From positions 1,550,001 to 1,614,000 of the forward strand of contig NW_026515669.1 of NCBI RefSeq assembly GCF_025526975.1: a DNA stretch of 64,000 nucleotides, written 5' to 3'. Shown piece after piece: positions 53,198 to 64,000 of the stretch. Made by a program: the position numbers and the translations under genes. Each line of letters begins with the position of its first letter. Within the stretch, counting starts at the first letter, position 1. The DNA is from Fimicolochytrium jonesii (taxonomy: Eukaryota). The notes under the pieces were generated by a model. That model searched no databases and was not told where the DNA came from. It saw nothing but the letters and a program-made list of their open reading frames with translations.

Positions 53198-53728
53198 TGT
53201 TATGGACGACGCGTCCATACCATGCGCTTACCTCATGACAGCATCCCAACAGTCAGTCAATGTCAATTCCCTGTCAAAACCTGACATCTGCCAAACCTCG
53301 CAGCCGCACGCAGCCGCGCTACCCCACACCTGCCACTGCCTTCATTTCTCCACTCAGCCGCACGTAGCCCCACCTCCCAACACTCGGCGCTTACAAACCC
53401 TTCTTCATACTTCCCCACGTACCCGCCCACAGCCTCAGCGTAGCCACCCCATCCCCAGTCTTCTGTTTCTATGCTTCCCCCACCCTTGGCGCTTCTCTTG
53501 GCTTCCCTCTCATTCCGCACCCTTCTGCTTCCCCACGCTTCCCCAGCCTTCCCAGAAAAGCATAAATAGCCGCCTCCCCTGAGCTCCCCACTTCCTGATC
53601 CCCCAGCAGATCAACACCAGTTCTTCCTAGTCTTGTTCTAGTTCTTGTTTCGGTCTGAATACCATTACCTGTCAACAACCTGCACCACAAGTCGCCTCTA
53701 TTTCCGTCGGCTCCGCCCATTCTTAACA
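53198..53728 (+). repeat. 5' LTR of element 1 (about 531 bp)
   Basis: TGTTA...TAACA termini and a TATA-like CATAAATA at 53561. The right boundary is inferred from the inverted terminus and adjacent PBS. Confidence 0.78.
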
Positions 53729-53779
53729 GTTTGATCTGCTCAACAACCCCCAGCCACTGTGCCTCCACGCCAAATCACC

Positions 53780-54706
53780 ATGTCCGACGCCCTTCCCCTC
53801 ACGGCCGAAGCCTGGCAAGCCATGTGCAATGCGATTGACGAACTTCGAGCGCAGAATACCACCCTACAAGCCGAACTAGCGCAAACCCAGACCACTGCCC
53901 CTGCCACTCACGCCCCCGAACCCAAAATCAGTCTCCCAGACAAATTTGATGGCACCCGAAGCAAGTTCCGTGGGTTCCTCAACCAGATCCGGCTTATGTT
54001 CGCCCTCCAACCCAGGCGCTACCCCAACGATCAGACCAAGATACGAACTATTGGCACCTACCTCACTGGCACCGCCCAGGCCTGGCTGGCGCCCCTTGTC
54101 GAACAAGACCATCATTCCCTTACGAACCTGGATGATTTCATCCAGCAAATGCAAGCAGTCTTTGGAGACAGCGACAGGATCCGCACGTCCGAAAACAAGC
54201 TCCAGAACCTTCGACAAACCCGTGCAGCAACAGAGTATGTAGCTGAATTCCGACAGCTGCAATGCGATGTGTCGTGGAATGACCAGGCATTGATTGCCAC
54301 CTTCCGTCGCGGCCTCAAAGAAGACGTCAAGGACTTAATGCTCACGATGCCCCCTACTGCCTCAATCGACACCGTGATGGAACAGGCCATCCAATGTGAC
54401 AACCGATTGTTTGAGCGCCATCTAGAGCGAAGCAGGAACCGACAGCCATATGTGCCAGTTACCACTAGCCCCACCCTCATGAGCCCCGACAACCGCCCAG
54501 ACGACCCTATGGTCATTGACGCCGCTCGTCCGCGAGGACCCCTCACACCGCTAGAGCGCCAACACCGCATCACAAACAAACTTTGCCTCTATTGTGGTAA
54601 ACCTGGCCACATAGCCAAACTCTGCCCAAACAAGATACGCACGGCGAATGTCGCGGTTAAGGAACCTGCACCCATCCAGGATTTTGCCCAAGTCCAGCTG
54701 CAGTAA
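53780..54706 (+). CDS. gag: Gag of element 1
   Basis: PDKFDG, LRQT..ATEYVAEF, FRRGL and zinc knuckle CLYCGKPGHIAKLC. Confidence 0.93.
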   Translation: MSDALPLTAEAWQAMCNAIDELRAQNTTLQAELAQTQTTAPATHAPEPKISLPDKFDGTRSKFRGFLNQIRLMFALQPRRYPNDQTKIRTIGTYLTGTAQAWLAPLVEQDHHSLTNLDDFIQQMQAVFGDSDRIRTSENKLQNLRQTRAATEYVAEFRQLQCDVSWNDQALIATFRRGLKEDVKDLMLTMPPTASIDTVMEQAIQCDNRLFERHLERSRNRQPYVPVTTSPTLMSPDNRPDDPMVIDAARPRGPLTPLERQHRITNKLCLYCGKPGHIAKLCPNKIRTANVAVKEPAPIQDFAQVQLQ

Positions 54707-57700
54707 AGGCCGAGCAGCTGGGCAACACCTGTCCTGGGCCTTCTCACCACGCAAGTACTGCCAAGGGAGAAGCCACAAAACCTTGCACCGATCCTGGCAT
54801 CTCCAGCAACACCCTTCTCCTGACCACCAACAATGTCAATCTCCGATCTGAGATACCCTCACCCATGCGGATCTTGGGCCCATCCTCACCATTCGAGTAC
54901 CCTGTTACCCTGCAGATATTGGCCCAGCGAGCTCCAGTTCAGCTTTCAGCACTACTTGACACCGGTGCGATGTCGTGCTTCATCGACGAAAGTTATGCCC
55001 GCAAGCACCGCATCCCACTTGTCAAGAAGGAGGACCCCATTGCGCTTGAACTGGTTGACGGACGTCCCAGCCATGCGGGCTCCATTACCCATCACACCCA
55101 ACCTTTGGGCATGTGGGTCAACGACCATTTTGAGGAGGTGGTATTCCATGTGACATGTTCCCCGCATGCGCCAATCATCCTGGGGCTTCCCTGGTTTGAG
55201 CTCCATGATGTGGAGCTACACTGGAAGACTCGCACTCTTTGCGTCCGCTGCCATTGCGGTTTTGGACAATACGCCTCCTGGGATGCCCTGCCAACAGAAC
55301 CTAGCCCGAAGCCCTCAAGAACCCCTGAACCTCTGATCCGTATCCATCAAGACGAGATTTCAGTCTCCCTAGCCCAGACACCCAACACACTGGACCCAGT
55401 ATCCACACCGATCCACGTATCGTTTATCAGCGCCCCAGCCTTCCGTGTGGCGGCAAGGCATGACCAGGCATTCATTGCCTACGCCAATCCGACCAAGTCA
55501 GATTCCCAAGCCCTGGCGACCACTCCTCCAAAAGATCCGAAGGCCATCATTCCTGAAGAATACCAAGATTTTGCGGACGTCTTCACCAAGAAGAACGCGG
55601 ATACCCTCCCAGAGCACTGACCCTACGACTGTCCCATCGACTTAGAAGAGGGCAAACAGCCACCGTTCGGCCCGATCTATAGTCTCAGCGAGCCTGAAAT
55701 GCAGGCACTCTGTGACTACCTTGAAGAGAACCTGGCTAAGGGGTTCATCAAGCACTCCAAGTCTCCCGCCGGTGCCCCAGTCCTCTTTGTCAAGAAAAAG
55801 GACGGTTCCCTCCGTCTGTGCGTCGACTATCGTGGACTCAACAATATCACCATCAAGAATCGCTATCCCTTGCCCTTGATTAACAGCATCATGGATCGTC
55901 TTCGAGGGGCACGCCGGCTCACCAAGATTGACCTCCGGGGAGCCTACAACCTTCTTCGGATCCGGCCAGGGGATGAATGGAAGACAGCGTTCCGATGTCG
56001 CTACGGCCTATTCGAGTATAATGTCATGCCGTTTGGGCTCACCAATGCCCCTGGAGTATTCCAACACCTCATGAACTGACATATTCCGTGACATTCTCGA
56101 CGTTTTTGTTGTGGTCTACCTTGACGACATTCTGATCTTCTCAAAAAACCCAGAAGACCACCCCAATCACGTCCGAGAGGTGCTCTCACGACTCCGCCAG
56201 CACGGGCTGTATGCGAAACCGGAAAAATGCGAATTCAACCGTGACTCTGTTGAGTTCCTGGGGTTTATCATCTCCCAGCAAGGCATTTCCATGGACCCAA
56301 AGAAGACGGCTGCCATTACCGAATGGGAACCCCCGACGAATGTCAAAGGCATCCAGCGCTTCCTTGGTTTTGCCAACTTCTACCGGCGATTCATCAAAGG
56401 GTACTCTGCGATCGTTGCACCCCTGACCACGCTCACTCGCAAAGACTTGCCATTCAAATGGACCCACGCTGCACACCTAGCTTTTGAAACCCTCAAGAAA
56501 GCCTTCACCTCCGCACCTATCCTGACTCACCCCGACCCTGACAAGCCCTTCATTGTCGAATCCGATGCCTCCGACTTTGCCCTTGGCGCCGTCCTCCTTC
56601 AACCCGACTGACACAGATCAACTCCACCCCGTGGCCTTTCACTCCCGCAAATTTACTCCTGAGGAAATCAACTATGAGATCTACGACAAGCAACTCCTGG
56701 CTATCCAAGACTCATTTGCTCAATGGCGACACCACCTCATTGGTGCCCGCCACAAGGTCATCGTTTACTGTGACCACAAGAACCTCCAGTACTTCATGAC
56801 TACCCGTACCCTCAACCGCCGCCAATCCCGCTGGTCAATCTTCTTTGCTGATTTCGACTTTGTCATCACATACCGCCCTGGTACCCAGCAACACCAAGCT
56901 GACGCCCTCTCTCGTCGCTCTGAATACGAGCTAAGGGAGGGGGAAGAAGCATTCCGCTCCCAGGAAACCACGATCCTCACCCCTGACCACCTCCGCCTGG
57001 CCGCCACTTATCTGACCCCACTGGACTCCTCGCTCCTTGACCAAATCAAAGCTGTCCTGGCATCCGATGTGTTTGCGCAAACCATCCGGCGACAGCTTAG
57101 GGCCCCCATTGCCCAGCAATCTCAAGAAGACCAAGAACGGATAAAGCGATTCTCCGAGGAAAATGGGGTTCTGCTGTACGACAACCTTGTCTACGTCCCC
57201 ACCAACAAGCTCCGTGCTGGGATCTGCCGGGACATGCATGACACGCGTTTGGCAGGACACTACGGCATGTCAAAGACCCTGGAGCTCATCTCACGCAACT
57301 ACTGGTGGCCTAGCCAGTGGCGTTTTGTCAAGTCCTACATCAGGTCCTGCGATGTATGTGCTCAAGCCAAGACCAGCAGACACAAGCCCTACGGACTCCT
57401 CCAACCCCTGCAGGTCCCTGACCGCCCCTGGGGGTCAATTTCCATGGACTTCATCACGGATCTACCCGCCAGTGATGGGGTTGATTCTGTGCTCGTTGTC
57501 ATCTGCCGGTTCACCAAGATGGCGCACTTTGTACCGTGCAGGAAAACCGCCACCGCTGAGTCAACTGCAGATCTGATCTGGCACCATGTCATCCGGCTCC
57601 ATGGACTCCCCGACGATATTGTATCTGACCGTGGCCCACAGTTCAACTCCCACTTCTGGAAACGTCTCTTGGCTCTCCTGGGAACCAAGGTCAACCTCTC

Positions 57701-58530
57701 ATCGGCGTTCCATCCCCAGAGCGATGGACAAACCGAGCGGACCAATCAGATTCTTGAGCAATACCTTCGCTGCTTTTGCAACTATCAACAAGATAACTGG
57801 AAGGAACTCTTGTCTTCTGCTGAGTTCTCTTACAATAACACCATCCACTCCGCCACCCAGACAACCCCCTTCTACGCCAACTATGGGTTCCATCCTCGAT
57901 TCAGTCTGGCTTCCGCCACCACAACCGAAGCCCTTAATCCTGCAGCCGAAGCTCGTGCCAACCATCTCAAGGAAATCCATGAACAGCTTGCCACTGAGCT
58001 CAAGGAGGCCCAAGGACGCATGAAGCGCTTTGCCGATGCTAAGAGGGCACCTGGCCCAGACATGAAACCCGGGGACAGTGTCTGGCTCTTACAGCGGAAT
58101 CTCAAGACTCTCCGACCTTCCCAGAAACTTGATCACCGTAAGATTGGCCCCTTCACAATCACGGAGAAGATCAACTCGGTCACATATCCCCTCAAGCTTC
58201 CCCCATCCTACAAAATTCACAACGTCTTCCATGTCTCCCTTCTTGAACCACGTTTCACCATTCCGGAGCGAACTGAGCCAGAACCCACCCCACCAGAAGA
58301 AGTCGAAGGACAGGAGGAATGGATTGTGGAAGACATTCTTGACTCCCGTATTCGACGCACGCACCTTCAGTACCTCATCAAGTGGCAGGGATGGCCAAGC
58401 TCGGAGAACACATGGGAGCCAGTGGAACACCTTGCCCGCTGTCAAGAGCTTGCAGTTCCACCAAAAGTACCCCGACAAACCCCGACCAAAGCCTGCCAAC
58501 ATCAAGACAACATCCGGACGCCGTGGCTAA
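54679..58530 (+). pseudogene. pol: Pol of element 1 (PR-RT-RNase H-IN-chromodomain), disrupted
   Basis: [38 protein letters not shown] integrase, SDRG, DGQTER and chromodomain YLIKWQGW..SENTWEP. In-frame TGA at 55618 and frameshifts near 56077, 56610 and 58450. Confidence 0.93.
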
Positions 58531-58557
58531 AGGAGGGGGTGATGTTATGGACGACGC
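58529..58557 (+). other. Polypurine tract and 15-bp stub of element 1 3' LTR
   Basis: AAAGGAGGGGG-TGA followed by TGTTATGGACGACGC, identical to the 5' LTR start. Confidence 0.88.
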
Positions 58558-58768
58558 TGTGGTGCGGTGAGGAAACAGGTCATATTGCCGCAACCCTAAC
58601 TCCCTGCGGTAACCCTACCCCACTAGCTAGTTTATATCCCCAGTCACATGACTTGTTGTCGTATTTTTCTACTTGTACATATCCGCGCGCGACTGCGCCG
58701 GCTTTCTCTTTTCTTCTTTACCCATAATACATCTATATATCCCTGCCTACCTCATTCTGGTGGAGAAT
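58558..58768 (+). repeat. Putative 5' LTR (58558-58754) and PBS (58758-58768) of element 2
   Basis: TGTGGTG...TACCTCA imperfect inverted termini, then TTC and TGGTGGAGAAT, which resembles the complement of a tRNA-Ala 3' end. The partner LTR is outside the window; an alternative end at 58809 cannot be excluded. Confidence 0.6.
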
Positions 58769-59181
58769 TGGGAAGTAGGTGTTTTGGGGACACCCACACC
58801 GTCGCTACAACCGCAACAAAGAAGAGTATCCGTTCTTCCGTTTCGTCCATACTTGGTGTACCGTTTTGAGCATTCCACGCCATTCCCGCCACTTTCCGCG
58901 TGGCTATAGCGATTTCCTTAGTTACCGGCGGCGATCCCCGGCATCCATCCATCCATCAGTTCCCGACAACAATCCACCAATCTGACGAGGGCTTCCTAGG
59001 CATCATCGTCCCGGCTATCCATTCCCGCTGAGTATCCATTGATTGGACCACTCTCCGCAACGATCCATTCATACACGTCGTCGTCCCGTGAGAAAAGCCC
59101 AGCTTGAGGTGCAGCCTGGATTTGGGCACTCGCAACAACACAGAAACCGTACTTTTCGTAACCGTCCGTCGAGAATATCCA

Positions 59182-60947
59182 ATGGCGTTCCCTGGCACTC
59201 CCGCCTTCTTCGGAAGCAACGATTGGCGTGACACTCGTCCTCTTTTTAGCGACACCCAAGAAGACAATGAACTCAGCGAGCACGACAGCAGCGACGGCCA
59301 CTCCGCTTGCGCCTGCGCTACGGAGTCCGCGCGCGCGCGCATCGACGCCTTCCTTGCCCGCTCACAAATCGAGCATGCGGGTGTAAAGATCGGATTGTAT
59401 GGCGCCATTTCGCATGTCGATGCAGAAGTCCTTGTCGGCTTGCTTCAATTCTGTACCGATATGGGCATTAGCTTCGATTCAGTATGTGAAGGCTTAGCGG
59501 ACGGTACCCTTGATCGAGTCTACGTCCAATCCCTCAAGTTCGCACTCGACGCTCATCCCGCGCAATTCGCCCTCCGTGAATTTGCGAACGTCGTCAAAAC
59601 TGCCACTGTTTGGCATCTCTCGCGTGATCGCTACCATGCCGGCCCGCATGCGGCGACTCGTCCTCAGTCGGCGCCCTCGAACAACCCTACTTCTCGTCCT
59701 CCGCATCGCGCTGGTGCTATACCTTCGGCACCTGTAGCCGCTGCCCCTCTAGATGGCGCCGTTAGTCAACAGGATCTCGTCACGTTGATGTTCCGCACCC
59801 TCGAACAACTTCAGCGCACCCCGCAGACAACCAATTCACAAGCGTCACTCAACAAAGGCCTGCCCAAATACGAAGGCAATAAATATCATCAGGACTCGTC
59901 ACGAATCTTGCAATGGCTCCGCACCTTCGACAAGCTCGCTGACTCTTGCGGCGTTCAAGAAAAGGACCGCTTCCGTTGGCTGTCTAAGGCGATTGATGAC
60001 AAAGACCAGCTCACTTGGACATGGTTTACGTCGTATCAAGGCAACACCCAAGATTGGAACCACGTTCGTACCGATATGGTTTTAGAATGCGCCTCGTCGG
60101 TCGACCGCGACCCGTCGCTCCTCGCCGACCGCATCTCAACCTTCCAGCGCGCTCCGGGGCAAACCATTCGTCAGTACGGCAGCCTATTCTTGTCATTAGT
60201 TTACGAACTCGAATACCTCAATAAACACATTGCAACGGTCGCTACGGAACTCACCCGGACCCAATTGCTCGAGCTTTTATCCGCGGTCTAGGCGATAGTG
60301 CTACGCTGGCGCACGCGCTTGGTTTGCCGAACTTCAACCAGCTTCCAATCGAGGAGTTGATTCGGGCTTGCGCCGATTACGCCGAACGCAAGGACGCATA
60401 CTCAGCGCCAAACGTGCCGTATCAGGCGTCGACTCGTCCATCGTACCCCGCACCGACGGCTACGAACATCCCGGGCACCAACAACCAGTATCCCTCAAAT
60501 GCGCGGAACCAGCGTCCTTCGGTACCTCGCGCACAGCCCGCTCCACGGGTCTTGCAACCAGCGCCGCAAGCTTCGGCCCCGACGACTTCGGCGGCTCCGG
60601 CAGCGTCTGGTCCGGATGACTTGACTGCCCGCATGCGCGACCTTTCCATCAAGACCGCCGGTAATAGCAACCAGTATCCTCCGGGCCTTCCCAGCGCGCG
60701 CCCTCAACGCCGCGACCGCGCCTGCTTTCGTTGCGGACAATCCGGCCACATCTTCAGGGATTGTCAATCCACCACGAAACTGGATACCTGGCGTGGGTAC
60801 CAGTTAGCGGCCGCCTTCTACCCCGAAGAAGTCCATGAGTACGACGAAGATCATACCGAATATTACTCGATGGTCCTCCGCGATGTGGGCCACTACTACG
60901 CGGACCCGGAAGACCAGGATTTTCCCAATGGGAGCTCGGAGCAGTAG
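59182..60947 (+). pseudogene. gag: Gag of element 2, with one frameshift
   Basis: LPKYEG..WLRTFD and FQRAPGQTIRQY. Adding one T to the run at 60275-60278 restores LELFIRGL. Zinc knuckle CFRCGQSGHIFRDC. Confidence 0.82.
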
Positions 60948-63900
60948 GGGACTCCGACCTCCCGCAATACGATCCTCCGGATCCCCGCCCAATGTCGTTG
61001 GCGATTTTTATGGCTGAGAAGAGAAAAGCGGATGAGCTCCCGTCCGAACCGGCTTCGAAATGACTGAACACTTCGACGCACCCGATGCCCTTCCCGGCAC
61101 GGCCCCCGCTCAAGACTCGTCCCTCGGTGACGCCCGCCCGCCCGCCGGGTGTCCTTCCTTCACGTTACACTGTCGGTCAACAACAGAGTACGCCGATGCC
61201 GGCGCGGTTTCCCCCGGTACCTCCCCCGCCGACCAGATTACCTCCTACACCCATTGTCGAGTTACCTCGCGTTACTCCACCGCCTAAATCGGTACGCTTC
61301 AACACTCCCACCAGTACACCGATGGAGATCGATCCCCGGGGGACATCCGGTCCAACCCGACCTGCCGCACCGCACAAGCCGCCGTCACCGATTGTTCCCA
61401 CCCGCAAGTCCCCCTCACCGCCGCCCCGCGCCGATTCCCTGGTCGGTGATGACGATCCGCGCATTCCTGCTCCCATCCGTGCGCTGATTGACAAGAAACA
61501 ATTCGATATCGTCAACTTCCTCAACGAGACTGAAGTGCGCGGACTTACTCTTGCCGACCTACTCCAATGGAGCCCGGCCTTACGCGAACGCCTCCGCGAC
61601 GCGATGAAACTCGTCCCCAAGGTGCGCCGCGCGGCTCTATGTTTTCGCGAACCTCTACTTGGTGCCTGGCACCCTGACGCTGAGCCTCCGGACCATGACA
61701 GCGACAACACCCTCAACGGACGTCTCGACTTTCACCTCAAAGCTCTCTCCAAGGTTGATGTTTCCGCAACCGGCACCCATTACATGAACGCGCTCATCCA
61801 GAATTCGCCCGCGAAGTGCCTCTTCGACGGTGGTTGCTGCTTGATCGCCATCAGCGCCGAGGTCCGCAAGCGCCACCAATGGACTCTCACCAAGGTTCCT
61901 TCTACCTTTCATTTGCGCCAAGTTGACGGTTCCGCTCCTAAGCTCGAGGGAGAGGTCCACAACCTCGTCGTCACCATCGAGGGTCATCAAGTTCCGATCA
62001 ACGTCCTTTCCATCGTCGGAATGGACGCCGAGTGCTTACTAGGTCGTCCATTTCTGGAGATGGTAATGGGCATCACCCATTGGAAGAATTCCATTTACCA
62101 TTTCAAGATTCACGGCTCCTGGATCCTCGTCCAAGGTAGCACTGGAGAGACGCGCGAAGTCCGTACCCTCACGGCGGCCGAGGAACGTGAATGGGATCAG
62201 CACGGTCGTACACCCCTTCTCGATATCACTCCTCCGGCGCCACGCACCCGTTCCCAAACCAGGCAAGCCAACATCTCCTCATTGATCGCTGACGGCTTCA
62301 AGGTGGAGATCGATCACACGGGCGATCAGACGCTCGCTGACATTCGTAGTGGCGCTCTCTTCGGCATACTACAAACTGAGCCCTGTCCACCCCTACCCGG
62401 CGACTACTATTCCCCGGATTCCGATCAGATGGATTTCCGCATCAACCTGCTACGCACCTTCGCGAATGCCCCGGTCCCCAACCAGATCACCGTCCCGGCT
62501 TTCCGACAACTTAAACAGGCTTTGCAACTCGAGCCCAAACTGCCCGAATTCACTCTCCCCGCGACACATGAGTTCCGCTTCCTCACGTGGAATGTTAATT
62601 CTTTGCGCAACCTCGTCCGCAAGGGGGTCGACCTGGGCTCCCTCTTCAACCGCCTGAACCTCGATATCGTTTGTTTCCAAGAAATCAAGTGTTCGCGTTC
62701 TTCATTACCGCTGTCGCTCACGGACATTCCGGGTTACCGCTCCTTTTGGTCGCTCAGTGAGACCAAACAAGGTGTCAAAGGCGTTGGGACGTACGTCCGC
62801 GCTGAGTTAGCCGCTACGCTACGCAAGGTCACAACCGACGCTGATCTACCGATCGACCCGGACGCCGATTGTGAGGGCCGTGTTCTCGCCCTCGACTTCG
62901 ACCAATGCACCGTGATCAACGTCTATTATCCGAACGGCGGGATGGGCGACGCTGATCAACAGGCTCATGCGATTACTTCCAAGATCGCCCTCCATCAGAC
63001 TCTGCTTCAGATCGCCACCGCGGCCCGGACGAGCGGACGACACGTCATATTCGCCGGCGATTTCAACGTTGCGCATACCGATTCGGATGTTCACCCCAAC
63101 CTGAAACACCAGATGCACACCGGTGTGACCCCAGCGGAGCGACAACTGCTCACGCATTTGACCGATCACAATTTCGTCGACACTTACACTACCTGCCACC
63201 CTGACGCGCCGGCCGGTGATGGCTACACCACATGGTGGTTCTCCAAGCACGCGCGCGAACGGAACATTGGGCTTCGACTCGATTATGTCTTCCTCGGTCT
63301 GCCGGATGCGGATTATACTCCTCGTATCACTTGCAATGTCCTGCACGAACTCCACGGCTCCGATCACGTTCCGCTGTTATTCACCCTACGCACCATAGTC
63401 AAAGAAACGATCCCCGAGTATCACGCCAAGATGTCGTCGTTAGTCAACGCTTCCCCGGAGTACGTTTCGCCCCTAGCCCCCCGCGACTCACCTACGCTCG
63501 TCCGCCAAGTCGCCGGCATCACTATCGAGTCGATCACTGCGCGATCCATACGCCCGACACCCATGCGCCCACTCAAGGTCGGCACCCGCACCTTCCAGGT
63601 TGCCGAAGATTTACCACCCGCGGTCGTTACCGAGTTAGAACAACTTCTTCACGAATACCACGACGAGTTCTGCAATAAAGACGAAGTGCCCCGCACCTTC
63701 AAGAACGTGCCTGAAATGAATCCGGTCTTGAAGCCCGACCATACCGGTCAACGCAAACTCCCTTTCCCGAAAACGCGCGCGCACAGCCCCAAGGATACCA
63801 AGGTGTTAAACGAATGGTGCGACCGGATGCTCCGGTGGGACAAGATCGAGCCGGTTACCGATCCCCCAGTGGTCGCTGCGCTGCCCATCGTCGTCTACAA

Positions 63901-64000
63901 GAATGGTGTAGCGCGGGTATGTGCGCACTTCAAGGTCAACAGCGAGATCCAAGCTTTCCGGTACCCCATCATTCCCGCTCACCTTACCTTGCAACGTGTC
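60917..64000 (+). pseudogene. pol: Pol of element 2: protease - exonuclease III/AP endonuclease - RT (partial)
   Basis: Manually translated frame (codon starts at position mod 3 = 2) has one TGA at 61061, then is open from 61064 to the end. Protease CLFDGG (61826)...LLGRPF, EEP domain 62573-63388, and RT start LLHEYHDEF...KIEP...PIVVYKNGVARVCAHF. Confidence 0.88.

Larger units (their letters stand above)
53198..58557 (+). mobile_element. Ty3/Gypsy chromovirus LTR retrotransposon (element 1), decayed; 3' LTR interrupted after 15 bp
   Basis: TGTTATGGACGACGC occurs at both 53198 and 58543. Order gag-PR-RT-RH-IN-chromodomain; polypurine tract before the 3' LTR. Confidence 0.95.
58558..64000 (+). 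mobile_element. Second LTR retrotransposon (Ty3/Gypsy-like order PR then RT) carrying an ExoIII/AP-endonuclease domain; truncated by window end
   Basis: A TG start exactly where identity to LTR1 stops, tRNA-type PBS, gag with CCHC, -1 slippery site, protease, EEP domain and RT N-terminus. Confidence 0.88.

Noticed and set aside
58755..58809. Element 2 LTR ending at CTACA (58809)
   Set aside because: The TGG-starting tRNA-type PBS at 58758 favours an end at 58754; this cannot be settled without the 3' LTR.
62573..64000. A LINE (APE-RT) inserted into an LTR element
   Set aside because: The frame is continuous from protease through EEP to RT with no junction, TSD or UTR. The RT start is Gypsy-like and the EEP motifs are Xth/APE1-like.

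Overview
Intron-rich fungal genomic DNA with short GT-AG introns; an early-diverging, chytrid-like origin is inferred from gene content and the Fanzor1 type, not proven. Bases 1-51.7 kb hold about 19 host genes, including ESD, SLX1, CCDC124, HIR3/CABIN1, SIS1-type Hsp40, BSD2, a TLC protein, trypsin, an aquaglyceroporin, a Zn2Cys6 factor and SREBP. Bases 52-64 kb are a three-tier nest of mobile elements. An intron-containing Fanzor1 (TnpB-like) pseudogene is interrupted by a Ty3/Gypsy chromovirus. The 3' LTR of that chromovirus is in turn interrupted by a second LTR retrotransposon. The second element's pol carries a complete exonuclease III/AP-endonuclease domain in frame between protease and RT; this ORF is missing from the supplied track because it runs off the window. 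Other highlights are a pseudo-5'-nucleotidase/CUB/Cys-rich multi-TM receptor-like gene, a candidate selective-autophagy receptor and a five-repeat PAH/HHD-like protein. All calls come from manual motif recognition; no searches were run.
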